The notes beneath the pieces were generated by a model, which had not been told where the DNA came from, did not search any database, and saw nothing but the letters and a program-made list of their open reading frames with translations. A program made the position numbers and the translations under genes. DNA of 63,740 bases, the filler included, from Chrysochromulina tobinii (Eukaryota), in the NCBI GenBank assembly GCA_001275005.1. It is 6 parts of 6 records of this genome, joined end to end, with 100 filler letters (N's around TTAATTAATTAA, not from the genome) between each part and the next. Parts side by side here need not be neighbours in the genome. Positions count along the whole stretch, not along the records: positions 1 to 18,343 come from JWZX01000517.1; 5 more parts are not named here. The stretch is one strand, 5' to 3'. Shown here one piece after another: positions 1 to 13,253 of the stretch (position 1 is its first letter; every line of letters starts with the position of its first letter).

Positions 1-190
1 GAGTGGCGAACGCCCCCTCAGCGCCGCCCGTGTCGCTCACCCAGTTGGCGAGCGCCGCCGATCGCGCCGCGGCCGAACGGGACCACGCGACCACCTCGCC
101 CTCGGCGCTTCGCACCCTCACGTCGCCGTCGTCGACGTCGCCGCCGATGACATCGCCGCCGCCGACGTCGCCGTCCCGACGACGCTTCAT
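1..190 (-). CDS. SKP1-like protein, N-terminal part (runs off window)
   Basis: ATG at 190 opens MKRRRDGDV...VRVRSAEGEVVAWSRSAAARSAALANWVSDTGG, which resembles the Skp1 POZ domain (L.S.DGE.F.V....A..S..I.N..EDTG). Not in the ORF track because it is truncated. Confidence 0.55.
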   Translation of the reverse strand, partial: MKRRRDGDVGGGDVIGGDVDDGDVRVRSAEGEVVAWSRSAAARSAALANWVSDTGGAEGAFAT

Positions 191-724
191 GGAGGCAGCA
201 CGACTTCCTGATTTGGCGGCAAGACTTCGGAAAATGAATTTCGCACCCCGGTTGACGGGCAGGGTACATGTAGGCTCGGTCGATCTCAGCAGGCCGTTCG
301 GACTTCCGCTCATCGGTTGGGGACGCCACCGTTCTGCGAGAGGCGGGCAGGGTCGTCAGAGGTGGACGCGCGGCGATCCTATTAAAGCTTTGCACCCCAC
401 GCACAGGCGAGGATGAATGTCAATCGAATCGAATGAATGATTTTCGCATCAGTCCCCGTCGTCATCGCACGACATGGCTCATGCAATGTACAACTTTCAC
501 CGTTTCACGACGCTGCATACAGACGCGACGCGACGCGCGCTACGTGTGTAACACACGGAACTTGGAAGTCGCACGATGCCTCAACAATCAGTGACACACA
601 GCTGTAGTCTGGCGCCGGCGGGGTGGGAGGCGGAGTTCTCTACTCGGTCTCGGACGCGCTCAGCGGAAGGGAGCGCCTCGCAGTCCATGATGAGAGTCGA
701 CACTCGAGTCGCGCGAGCTTGCGC

Positions 725-3700
725 TCAGACCGCGACGGTCTCGTCGTCGCTCTCCTCGACATGGCGCTCGCGGTTTTCGCGCGCCGAGGTGGTCGTGTCG
801 ATGTCGATGTCCTGGCAGTTGGAGATGGCGTATAGGATCTTCTCGTACGTGATGGCCGCCGTCGAGTACGCGGGCAGCTCCATGGAGAAGAAGCACGTGT
901 GTGCCACGGGAAAGGAGGAGTCCGGCGACGAGGTGTGACGAGTGTGAAGCGTGAAGCGCACGTCACCCCACTCGCGCGCCGTCGCGGGCAGGCGCGTGCG
1001 CCCCCATACGAAGCGCAAGAAGAGCGCGCGCCGCTCGGGCGAGAACTTTTTCAGCGTCTGCCAAAAGTAGCGCACGTGGCGCTGTGCGGGCGAGACACCC
1101 ACACCGTACTTGGTCTTGGAGCGCAGCACTTCGATGTCAATGTCCTTGGATCCACATGCTAGCAGCTCGAGCTGGTCCCAGGTGAAGAGAGAAAGGATGC
1201 GCTGCGGCACGAGGCTCGAGAGGCCCTGCAGGATGGCGTCGCACTGCTGGCTCGCCTCGTGCAGCCGCGCCTGCTGCACCAAGTCGCAAAACTCGAGCCG
1301 ACCGTCGTAGGTGACCTCGAGGCCGGCGCCGCCCGGGAGCAATGCCACGTCAGAGCCGTCGGAGAGCTGCGTGACGAAGGTCTCGAAGATCACGTCCGAG
1401 AAGGTGCTCGCGTCGACGCCCTCATCGTCAATGTGGCGCAGCTTGTCGAGCGACTGCAAGCACATCGCGTCGAAGGCCTCCAAGTCGGATGCATCCATGG
1501 GCTGCGCCACAAGCTGCTTCCACACGACCGAAGGGAGCGAAAGAGCGAGCTGCGTCTCCTTTTGACGAAGCGCGAGCCCGAGCAGCTGCCCCACGAAGAA
1601 GAACCAGTCGATCTGCTGAGACGAGACCGCGGACGGGTTGGGAACGTACGCGTCGCGGTGGGCGCCCACCCCGTGCACGCCGTTCGGGCACCGAATGAAG
1701 AGCGGCAGCGCAGGCGATTGCAGCTCGGAACAAATGGACGCGATGGCCTCGCGGTACGGACCACCATGGTCGTCGGCGGCCTCGCCCACAAAGTTGCAAC
1801 GGAATGCCTTATCTTGACGGCAGAGCGCGCGCGGCTTGACGCGCCCGATCTGCGTGTGGAGCTGCACGAAGAGTGTGCCGACGCCCGAGCCCTCCGCATC
1901 CGCCCGCGGGCGTTGCTTCATCGCTTTGAATCTGTTGAGCAGGACGATCATCGCATCCGAGTCCGAGGTGGTGGACGAGAGCGCCTGCTCGAGCGCACCC
2001 GACTTGATCTCCGTAAGCACCGCGGCCCGGAGCTTGCAGATGCGCCCGCCGAGAGTCGAGTCGCCCTTGCGTGCGAGCCCGGTGTGCACGAGCGGCAGGT
2101 GACGAGCCAACAGCTGGTTGAACCGATGAAGCAGGGCCGCGCGGAAGGTGAGCTCGTTGGCCGCGTACGGCTCGAAGGCATTGCCCAGCTCCTTGGCCTG
2201 CTCGCCCACGGTCTGCAGCTGGCCGGGGCGTACGTTGAGCCCGCCGCCGTTGGTGACCTTCTCGATGAGGCCCACGAGCTTCGCGTCCATGGCGACGCCG
2301 CCCCACTCGGCGAAGATCTGCCAGTTGATCGTGGTTTGTTGCGAGGCACGGTACGCGAGGCGCACTGAGACGCGCGGGCACACGTTCCCGATCGGCTCGA
2401 GCAGCCACTTTGTGAGCGCGGACAGCTCGGCCACGTCGCTCATGAACGGCAGCGTCGAGGTCCACGGGGTTGGCGGTGGGACAGCCGGCCTGGGCCCACT
2501 TGCATTCAAGTGGGCATTCAAATCGGCCTCGTGCATGCACTCGCGCACCTGCACGAGGAGGTCGAGCATGCATTGGGACGCACATGGGAGGAGCGCGGCT
2601 CCCTCAAACTGCTGTTGCTTGATCAGCGAGTCATGCCAGGCGATCTGTTGCTCGAGTGCGACGAAGAGCGCATTGTCGAGCGGCGGCTCATCGAGTTGTA
2701 CCAAGGGCAGAGCCTTGAGGAGCAGCAGGCAGGCGCGCTCCTTGTGCGGCGCTCGCCCGTAGAGGAGGTAGCGCAACAGGTGGGCAAGCACCGGCGGCTT
2801 GGCGATGGCTGCGGGTGCATCGTCCACTAGAAGCTGGAGCAGATCCCACCCGAACTCAAAAGGGCTTTCCACCACCGTCACCTCATGCCAGACGCGCCAA
2901 CGGTGCGGCAGCGCGCGCACCTTCCAGCCCCAAGCGTGGTCCCGGTTCTGCGCGCAGTGGTATTTGAGATACACCACGCCCACGGGCACGCAGAGCACTT
3001 CGGTCGCCAGCACGTCCTCCGTGTCGAAGTTGAAGGCCTCCTGCGTCATCGCCACATCGAGGTAGATGGAGAGCGTCGCGCCACGCGAGAGCAACGAGCG
3101 AGCATCAAAGTGGAGCTGCATCATCGAGACGCCTGGGCAGGTGAGGGTGTAGGTGCGATCTCCCACCTCCGACGGGTGGTTGCTCTCGGCTTGCTGAACG
3201 GCTACGGCCGTACGCGCCAGGAAGCGAACGCATTCCTCGGCAAACATGTCGGGCAGCTCTCCAAACTTGGGCGCCGCGCGCAGCAGCACCTGGTCCGTGA
3301 CTAGGCTGGATGCCGCCACGCACGCCATGTTCAGAGCCTCGGAGCACACGTCGTCGTCGCACGGGTCGGCGACGCACGAGAGCTTGAGCAGACGCACGAG
3401 ATCGTGACGGAGGGGCTCGAGGCTCGCCAGCGTGAACGGCGACACGTCATCCGTGTCCGCATGATGGAGCCACTCCGTCTCGCAGAGGATCGTCAGCACT
3501 GCACGCCGGCAGTGCAGTACCGCCAGCGCCTGGTGCTGCGTGCAGGAGAACCGAGCGAGCGCGTCGACGCCACGCGAGCCAAGCGCCGGCACGAGCGCGC
3601 CAATACGACGCGTCGGTGGCTCGAGGGCGCGCTGCGGTAGGCGCGAGCGCAGCACGGCGCCGCTCTCGGTCGCGACCAGCACGTCGAAGGTGCGCGGGTA

Positions 3701-3803
3701 GAGCCCGTCTGAGCGCAGCTTGGAACGGTCTTGCCCCTCGCGCACGATGGTCCCCACGGCGCCATCGAGAGGGTCGGGCGTGTCTTGGGATGAGCCGCCG
3801 GAC

Positions 3804-3850
<47 letters not shown>

Positions 3851-6800
3851 CTCGCGCGGCGTGATGCGCACGCGCTCGCCCACCTGCAGGCGCCACGGCC
3901 GCCCCTCGAGCCCGTCGGCCAGAGCGTTGGAGCCGAGGGCAACGTGGTCGACCACACGCGAGAGCCCAAGGTCACCGGGGAAGAAGTCGGCAGCCGAGGC
4001 AGCCGAGGTGCAACTCGCATTCGACGCGTCGGCGGCGGAGCGGAGCTTTTTGGCGGCGGTGGTCGACGTGGACGAGCGCCACAGCCACTGGCGCCCCGCG
4101 GGGCGCGCGCTGCTTGCCGGTGAGCTGCCGGTGCTGCCGCCCGCGCCGGCGCTGCCGCTCGGTACGGCGCTTCCGCTCGGTACGGCGCTGCCCGTGACGG
4201 CCGCGTCGGAGGCTGCCGCTCTTGGCGCGAGAGGGCCATCAGCAGCGCGCCCCGAAGCGGGTCGCAGGCGCTGCGACGAGCGTGGGATCCACTCGGCCCA
4301 TTCGACCGCCCAGCCGCTCAGGCGCACGTGCACCGCATGCTCGCTCGCCTCGAGCACGCTTGCCTCGTGCCAGAGGGACGGATCTGACTCGTCGTTCAAA
4401 TCGAGCACGCTGCCCACTTGTAGCAGTCCCCCAAACGCCGAGCTTTGGGCGCCCCCGCGGCTACCCGAGGGGCTGGCGGTCGCGGCGGCGTTGGCGTTGG
4501 CGGCGGCGTTGGCGTTGGCGGCGGCGGCGTTGGCGGCGGCGACGGCGGCCTCGGGCATGGTTCCTCCGTCGAGGAGCCAGTCAGCGGCGCGCTGCAGGTC
4601 GTTGCCCTCACGACGCAGGGCGTAGACGCACAGCTCACTGGGGAATCCCATCGCCTCGAGCGAGCCGACGAGCGCCGTCACCTGCTTCTCGGCCTCGGTC
4701 ACTCCCGATGAGGCATCCCCCACACGTAGCAGCCGTCGAGCAGCCGCTAGCACGTCGCCGTCGCACCCGTCGAGTGCCTGCTCCTCCGCCCCAGGGCTGG
4801 GCGGCAGTCCGAGCCCGTAGAGCTCTAGCAGGTAGTCATCGCGGCTCAGGCCAGGAGAGAGGCGAACACCAAGACGTAGCAGCGGCTGCAGCTCGTCCAT
4901 ACGCTCCTCGAGCAGCCCGCGCAGCACCTTGGCCGACGGCAGCGCCTCGAGCAGGGTGGTATCGAGGCGGAGCGCGAGCGTCTCCGCGTGCGCTAACTGA
5001 CTCCGCGGCGCGCCGCTGGGCGGCATGAGCATCGGGATCGTGGTCGTGCCGATCTCGACGAGACGAGGCAGCAGGCCCACACGCAGCAGCGAGTGCGCCA
5101 CGCGAGCCGCGGTGCTACCGGTAAGGAGGGCGTGGATCACTTTGCATGCACGGCTCTGGAGCATCGCGATCACCGGGCAGCGCTCGCACGACTGCGCGCC
5201 GAGCTGGGCGAGCGGCGCGCGAGCCTGCAGCGGGGGCGGCAGCAGCGTACCCAGTGCGCTCATCAGAGGGTCGAGGCGCATGTGCTCCACACTTGGCTCA
5301 ATCTCTGGCACGGGCTGCAGCTCGCTCAACTCGACCGACTGTGCGAAGGTGTGCGGCTGCGAAGGCGAGCCGTCAGGCGGCGTCGCGTCGCTGATCAGCA
5401 CAGCCGTCTGGTCGTCGACGGAGAGCACAGCGGCGGGTGGGCCACGCAGCCGGCAGAGAGCGCGTGCCCCTGGCTGGATCGAGTCGATGTGGCCGCCCGC
5501 CACGCTGAGCGCGCCAAGCACGAGCCAGCAGAGCTCCGCGCTCGGCGGCAGTGCCGGTAAGTTTACCTGCATACCGGCACGCGCCACCGCCTCGCGCGCC
5601 TCGCTCGCTCGGTGTTGGGCCTTCTCCAAGGCCGCCTTGGCACTCGCCGTGGCAGCCGAGTCAAATGTTGCGTCAGACGTCTGAGCCTCGTCGTACGCGG
5701 CCTGCGCGGCCTGCTCGGCGCGCTCCATCTCCTCGAGGGCCCCCTCGTGGCCCCTCACCAAGTCAGCCTCGCTCGCGCGCCGCAGCCTCGGCCCCGTTTC
5801 AGAGCGGAGGGAATGGACGAGTTCCTCGGCGCGTCCTATGGTCGCTTCGAGGGCGCTCCCCACCGAGCGCGCCCACTCGCCCCCTGAGGCCGAGCGTTGG
5901 AGGAGCCGGAGCATCGCGATCATCTCCGTGGCAATAGGGCTGTCTGGCGAGCCCTGTCGTCGCACGAGCATCCGACCCGAAGCCGGCGCGGCGTCACACT
6001 CCTCTCGCGGCGGACTCCCTCCCCCATCTGCACCCTGCGCTTCTCCCCGCGCCGTCTCGAGCGCCAGCGTAGCGTCCGACCGCGTCGTCTCGAGCGCCAG
6101 CGCAGCTTCCTCCCGCGTTGGCATGCCCTCCTGGGCAGCGACCTCCGTATCGCGAATCTGTGAACGTTCACACTCCGCATCGCGAATGAGCGCCATCACC
6201 TGCTCGCGCTGCTCCGAAGACACCCCAGCGGCGCCAGGCGGAGCGGACAGCCCAGCGGAGGAGGACAGCCCAGCGGCGCGAGGCGGAGCGTCTTCCTCTA
6301 CCTCTCCGTCGACAACCTCGAGCTCCACCTCTCCCGCGCTCACGCACAGGGCTACGAGCGGCTCGTCGCCGAGTACTTCGCGCCCAATCGCCTCGAGCAG
6401 CAGCACAATGAGCCGTGGTGCCTCGGGCAACCGAACGTCAACGGCCAGGGTCGCGCTTGCGGCGACGCTCTGCGAGAAGGTGCTCGCCGCGACGCTTTGA
6501 GGGAAGGCCTCACACACCGCTTGCTCGCACAGGGCTCCGTGCGCCGACGGAGTGAGTACGGGCATCACGGCACGCAGCAGGCGCGCGGCACTACACGAGA
6601 GACTCAGATTGCAATCTCGAAGCAATTGGAGTAGCAGTGGTAGCCATGTTTCGCCGAGCGCGCGGCACACAGCTATTGAGGCGGAGATGCTGTGAAGCAT
6701 CGAGAGGACGGATGAGAGCACACGCGCCGTCTTGGAGGATTGGCGCTGTGATGGGCGCTGCTGCTGCCGGTGGGCCACCGACCGCAAGAGTGCCTGCGCC

Positions 6801-9800
6801 GCCGCCGCCGCCCGCTCCTGTTCCTTCTTGAGGAGGGGGTGCGTGATGGCATCGGTGTCGGCGCCGTCATGAGCGGCGCGCAGCCGGTCTGGCTTGGGCT
6901 GGGGCAGCGCGAGCACGGTGGCTACTTCGAGTCGCATGGACTCGAGAAGCCCTTGCTGGAACGGTGTGAGGGGATGATCGACTTTCCGATGGGAGAAGGC
7001 GAAAAGGAGCAGTTGCCGAAAGACGCGTCGACACACGGGGCGCACACGTCCGGTGGCCAATTGCATGTGCGTGAGCATCGGGAGTAGACCAGCCGCATCG
7101 AGCAGTTCGAGGTCGCCGCGCTGGAATCGCAGCAGGAAGACATTGAGCAAGATGAGTACCGTCTCCTCTGCCGCCTGTACCGACGGCGGCGGGAGCAGCG
7201 GCGGGAGCGGCGGCGAGGACGCGTCCACCGCCGACGCGGAGGCGGCAGTCCTGCCATCCAGCCGCATGCCACCCACCGAAGGCGGATGGTCATTCGTGTC
7301 GGCTGGTAGCCGATCCGGATGGTAGCCGAGCTTCCGATAGTAGCCGAGCCCATGCTCGCCTCTCTTGTAGGTGTACCCGTTGCGAGAGCCTGCGAATGCC
7401 TCCGACTTGACAAAGTTCGGGGCGGTGACTGTGACACGCGGCATGGCCACCTGCATGGGCTGCATCGTGCCCGGCTGCACGATTCCCACTTCCGTTGCCG
7501 ACTCGGCGCACGTAGACGCGGCTCGCGCGGCGGCTTGGGTGGCGGCGAGCGCAATGAGCGAGGCAGTGAGCTGGCGGGCAATGAGAGAGAAGAGGCGTGT
7601 AATGCTTTCCCCAAGCTGGTACCACGTGGCCGCCGAGCAGCCGCGGCAGCCGTACAGGAACTGGCAGCGCAGCAGACTCGACTTATCACTCGTCTGCATC
7701 GTGCGAAGCGCTCGCGCAATCATGGGCAGCACGTGCCGCTGCACCGAGGCCGACGGGGCCGCGTCAAGGAGCCGCATGAACCCTTCGAGCGCGGCGGCAC
7801 GGTTGGAAGCGCGCCTCTGGCGCTTCTGCAGCAGCGCGGGGCGCAGCGCGCTCGGCACGCGCGAGCCACGCCACATGGCTGCCGACGCGGTGGCCGCCGC
7901 CTCCGCGTCGGCCTGCGGTGCAGAGGACGAGGAGGCGTCATCCTCGGTGAGCCAAGCGGCGGGCGGGACAGCGGGCGGGGTGGCGGGCGGCTCGGAGAGC
8001 GCTGTCCCGGGCGGTTCGGGGGGCGCTGTCCCGGGCGGTTCGGGGGGCGCTGTCCCGGGCGGTTCGGGGAGCGGCAGCTTTTCGAGCTCGTCCGCGTGCG
8101 CGTGCTCTTCGGGCGACAGAGGCTCGCCCTGTAAGAGGATGGCCGCGTACTTGGCGCCGAGTGAGGCGAGCGCCTTCTGGCAGTCGACGAGGAGAGGGAG
8201 CGTGGGGGAGAGCGAGGGCTCATACGCATGCACACTGATGCGATAGCCCCATCGTGGCCGATTCGGCAGCTTGCGCGACGCAGGGCACCCAACCATTTTG
8301 TACCGGAATGTGATCCGGCCGGCCGGCAGCACGAGCGGGCGCGAGGGCCACTTGCTCGGCGGCCCACTGAACGTGTGCGCCAGCTTCGAGTCGATGAGCA
8401 CGTCGAGCCATGCCTCTGTCTCCACGGTCGAGCATCGCTTGTCGAAGGCGAGCCAGACGCACGGTGCGTGGCTCACATGAGCCCAGCTGCCACAACTGCC
8501 ACCGTCTCGAGAGCAGCTACCGCTGCTGCTGCTCGTCTCGAGCTCGCTCGGGAGCACTTCTTGTGTCGACTCGATCGTCCAGTCGGCCGAGTACGAGGGC
8601 TTGTAAGGATGGTCGCCCGACTCAATCACTTTGAGCAGCGGGCCGAGGTGGTACTCCTCGGTCAGGTCGGCGAGCGGATCATCATGGCTGGGTGCCACCT
8701 CGTACAGACTCGCGAGCAGCGGCGTGATCGAGGGAAGCAGCTTGGCGGCAAAGGCCTTGGAGCATGCATCAGGCCCGAGCAGCATCAGGCCCGAGCAGAG
8801 CATCGGGAGCAACCCAAGCACTGAGTGGCGCAGCTGCGCGTCCGGAGGCAGCAGCGCCACCGGCTCCGAACTCGAGTCCGCACTCGAGCCAATCGTGGAT
8901 GGGCCTGCGGCTTCGGCGTTCGCCAGTGCATCATCCGCCGTGTTGGACGAGCCGGGCGCGTCGGGCGCCGCCGCGGCGGTGCTCTCGGCAGCAGCGCTCA
9001 CGACGGCGGCGCGCGGCGGGACCTTTGCCTGTTGGAGCAGCTGATCGGCCATCTGAAGCAGCAGGGTGACGCATCGGACGAGCGCGCGCGCCGTCGAATC
9101 ATCTGCTTTGGTGCACAGGGGCACCTTGGAGAGCATCTCCCAAAACAGAGCACTCACGAGCCCAAAGAGCGCTGAGCGGCCCCAGCGACGCCGGCCCGTG
9201 AGGAGCGCCCCTGAGGCCGCGGCCATAGCTCCCAAGGCCTCCAGCTCGTTCTCAAGCAGATGTCGTAGCAGCAGCTCGAGCAGCTCGAGACCCCTCGAGA
9301 GCTCCGCGGGCGTGGGGGGCGCGATGAGCTCGTCTACATCAGGCTCCTGCCCGAAGCTCGCCATGAGCACCTCAGTCAGGATCAATTGGGGCAGCGGCGG
9401 CGGCGGCAGCCGCTCGGCCACGGAGCCATCGGTCTCGCCCCCGATCTCGCCCCCGATCTCGTCCGGCGACGCCGTGCCGCTGCCGTCGTCGAGTCTGCTG
9501 CGAAGTGCGTCGCTGCTGAGCATGCCGCTGCCGTCGTCGAGTCCAAAGCTGAGCGGCTCTCGATCTCGATCTCGATCTCGGCCGAAGCTGAGCAGCTCGG
9601 GCAGATCTCGATCTCGATCTCGATCGGCCTGCTCGGTCGGCTCGGTCGGCATCAGCGGCGTCTCCGAAAATTCGAGATGATCGCCCTCGCCAGCGCCCAG
9701 CCCGGCGCGCAGCCCGCCACGACCGCCTGGCTCCGTGGAAGTCGGCCCGCGCGTGAGCAGCTGAAGCAGCAGCTCGCGGCGCCCCTTGGCGCTCGGAAAG

Positions 9801-12800
9801 AAGACGCGCCGCCCGACCTGAAGCACCGCGATCGCCTCGGCCGTCGTGGCCTCGCCTACAGCGGAGTCGTCCGCCGGGTCCGTAAAGTGCAGCCCCGCAG
9901 TCGCGACATGCAGCAGCAGCCGGCGTACGCGGCGCACATAGTCCGCCATCGTGGGCGGCGCGTCCGCGCCCGCCTTGGATGGCGGCGCACTCTGCAGGAA
10001 AGCTTTGCCATCCCAACCCAGATCCAAGGCCTTCTGCCTCTCATTCCGACGCACGTAGTACTGGATCCACTCGAATCGGCGCATCCGATCCTCGGGCGAC
10101 TCGTCCATTGCCTCGTCCATCGCCTCGTTGAGCCCCACAGCAGCGCCCGCGGCGGCGCTCAACGGGCTGTAGCCTTCAGCCTCAGCGTGCGGATCCGCCG
10201 CCGCGGCGGCCGGGCCAGCCTCGTCCGCGTCGACCGCTTCGTTGGTGTCGACCGCTGAGCTGCTGCTGGCCGCAGCGGCCGGGGGCGTCGGCGCGAGCGT
10301 CGGCAGCTGTGCCCGATCGAGCCCGAGGTCCTCAGCGCGCGCGTGCGCGAGCGACGCCGCGAGCGCCGCCTCCAGCTCGCGTCCGCGTCCGTCGGGCGTC
10401 GTCGCGAGCGTGTCGCCGACAGGCGGCGGCGCTGCTGGCGGCGGCGGCGCTTCGAGACTTTGGAGCCCCTCCTCTCCATCGGCCGCCGCCGCTTCCCCGG
10501 CCGCCGCCACCTTGCCGGCCGCCGTCTCGCTGGTCGCCGACGCCCTCTTAGCCGCCGACGCCGCCGCCTTGTCGGCCACCGCCTTCTCAGCCGCAGCGCG
10601 AGCGGCGATTCCAGTTCCAGTTGGCGGCTCGTTGGCGGGCGGCTTGTCAGGGGCCGGCTCGGGCGCATCTCGCGCCTCGAGATCGAGCCCGAGCTCCGGC
10701 AGCGAGAGGCGCATCAAGGAGACATAGTGCAAGTGCACCTTGAGAAGGCGCAGGAGACCGAGCGCTGCGTAGAGCGCTGCGGTGTCGGCGACGCTCTGGA
10801 GGCTGCCGAGGCTGCTGAGCCTGACGATGTGCTCGAGCACGATCACGCACGTCTCGAGCAGCAGCCGGAGCGTCTCGGGCGCCACGTCCAGGCAGAGCGG
10901 CACCGAGAGCTGTAGGTTGGGCAGCGGCTCCGGCTCCTCGGCCACCATGGCGACGGCGCTCGCGATCTCATCAGGAGGTGGCTCGTTCATCAGCGAGGTG
11001 TAGTCGTGCTCCCACGGACCCACTCCCCACACCGTCGAGGCAGCCGCCTGTGCGAGGAGCGCCGTCAGCACGGCCGCGGCCGCAGGCGCCTCCACATAAC
11101 CACTCGAGAGGAGTGCACCGCGCGTCGCGCAGTCGGCGCGCGGGTGAATGCCAAGGGACGGGTGCGTTGTGACTCCGCCGAGGGAGCTCGATGCACAGAG
11201 CACGAGACCCCGCTGAAGCAGCACCTCGTGGCACTGTGTCTCGAGCTCCCGCAACCCGCCGACCAGCTCGCAGACTGCGGGCGGCTCGAGCGGCGCACGG
11301 CGCGCGGCGCTAGACTTGGCGAGTGATCCGGTGCGAGGTGGTGCAACGCTTCCTGCGGCGCCCAGGATGGCGCCGAGCGCCTTCAAGTGGTCGTACAGGG
11401 TGCCACGCACGAGGGCGATCCGCAGCAGCGCGTGAAGTGCCTCCGACGGCACGCTCTCCGTTTGCTGTGGAGCGTCGCTCGCGGGCAGCGTGGTGCCGCC
11501 ATTCGGCGTGCCACCGCCGCCGCCGCCGCCGGACGCCTCGTTGGCAAAGGAGGAGGGCAAGAGCGTTGGTGTAGATGGCGCCGAAGGCTTGGGCAGCGGT
11601 GTCAGGGGTGTGAGCGCGGCCGCGGTGATGCTCGACACAGCGCCCGACATGGCCACCCCAGACTGCTCGGCGGCGCCGATGGGCGTCCTCGGCGGCAGCA
11701 TGGCCGTCGCCGGCGACGGCGGAAGCGCCCGACGTGTGCTGCCGCCGATGCCGCCCGGCACGGCGCTCGGCCACGACACACTACCAACGCCCTGCACGGC
11801 GCTCGTCGCGATCGGCTCGTCGATCGGCTCGTCCGGTGCGGCGGTGGCCAGCTTGATGAGTTTCGTCTGCAGCCGGCACAGCGCGCTCTCGAACCCTACC
11901 GCCGACGGGTGCTCGAGGAGTTGCAGAGGCTTGAGTGTCATCAGCACGACCTTGCATCGTCCGAGGTGGGAGCGCGTGTGGAACCACTTGGTGTAGCTCG
12001 TCGTCAGCCGCGGCTCCGAGTGACGCGCGAGCGAGTCGAGCGCACGCGCCACCGTCTTGCCCGATCGGAAGCCGCGCTTCTTCTCACGATCCGCCCGCTG
12101 CTGCGCGTACACCACCTCGTACGAGCGCGACGGTTCGGCCGCACGCTCGCGCTCTCGTACGAGCGCGAGGTGTACGAGCTGCAGCAGCCGCAGCCGGCGC
12201 TGCTGCAGGAGGCCGTAGCCGCGCCTCACCCCACCGTCGTCGGCCGCCTCGGGCAGCCGAGCCAGGAGCGCTTCACGAGCAGACTCGTGCTGCAGCAGTG
12301 CGCGGCGCGAGAGGCGCTCGGCGCTCGGAAGGAGTAGACCGCTCGAGAGCAGCTGAAGCTCCGAGCGACGCCCTGATGGCGACGGGACGGAGCCGACGAT
12401 GGGCAGCACGCGAGCTGGCACGCCGACCGGCGCGCTTGCGGAACCCGCGCCAGCTGCTGTGCCCACTGCCGTCGTCGCCAGTGCCGAGGCCGGCCCGTGA
12501 TCGTGCGTGGGCCGCTCAACAGCCACGTCTCCTCGGCCGATGTCTAGGCCGAGAGTGGCATTCATCACGGAATCCTCTGCGTCTTCGGCGTCCTCGGCGT
12601 CCTCCTCCTCAAACATGGCTTCCGGCTCGCCCTCCTCCTCATCGGCGTTTACGTCTGCCTCGCGGTCGGCAGCCTGCTCCTTGCGCGGATCTTTCCAGCT
12701 CGTGGTTCGCTCGTTGTGGTTGATGTAGAAGACGCGGCCGGATTTGCCATCGACGCGCTGTTCCCAGCCCATGGGCAACTCGACCGGTGGGCCGCCGTGC

Positions 12801-12937
12801 TCAAAGAGCTCCGGATGGAGCTGCCAAAGACGGGCCGAGTTGGGCGTCGAGCCGCTCAAAGCCAGGCGGAGCAGCTCGCGGTCGGACGCGCGCGTCGAGT
12901 CGCGGTGCAGGTTGCGCGCGCGCGTCGTCGAGAACAT
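725..12937 (-). CDS. Giant HECT E3 ubiquitin ligase (WW, CUB-like x2, UBA, MBT/Tudor-like, HECT), intronless, 4070 aa
   Basis: WW LPMGWEQRVDGKSGRVFYINHNERTTSWKDP (~12685-12780); UBA LEAMGFPSELCVYALRREGNDLQRAADWL (~4575-4665); MBT-like LQVGSVLD...WHEASV...VRLSGW...EWI; HECT FVGEAADDHGGPYRE...FLRFVWGRTRLP...FPVAHTCFFSMELPAY with catalytic Cys. Confidence 0.93.
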
Positions 12938-13253
12938 CCTGAGGGGGAGCGCGACGGCCTCTGTTGGCGGACTGCTAATCTCGGACGGTACCGGTAAACT
13001 TGTCGCTTGAGTGCTGTTGGCGGCCGTGTGAGGGCTGACCCCTCTCGATCATAAGCATGCACACCCGCTGCCCCGGAGAGTGTTCGGATTCGGGTTGGCC
13101 TGGTGCGTTGATTCCCGTTTCGAGAGCATCGGTGTCGTTTCTGCGATTCTGCCAACCTCGATTTCCAACTGTAGGACTGTAGAACAGTGAAGCGCGAGAG
13201 AGGCAGGTATGAATTGGGGTGCATGATGTCCCTTTCACACGGATTCGTCTCGT

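Noticed and set aside
899..12728. Numerous overlapping ORFs antisense or out of frame to the HECT gene, and likewise over other genes
   Set aside because: Shadow ORFs expected in very GC-rich coding DNA; Arg/Ala/Pro-rich with no motifs.
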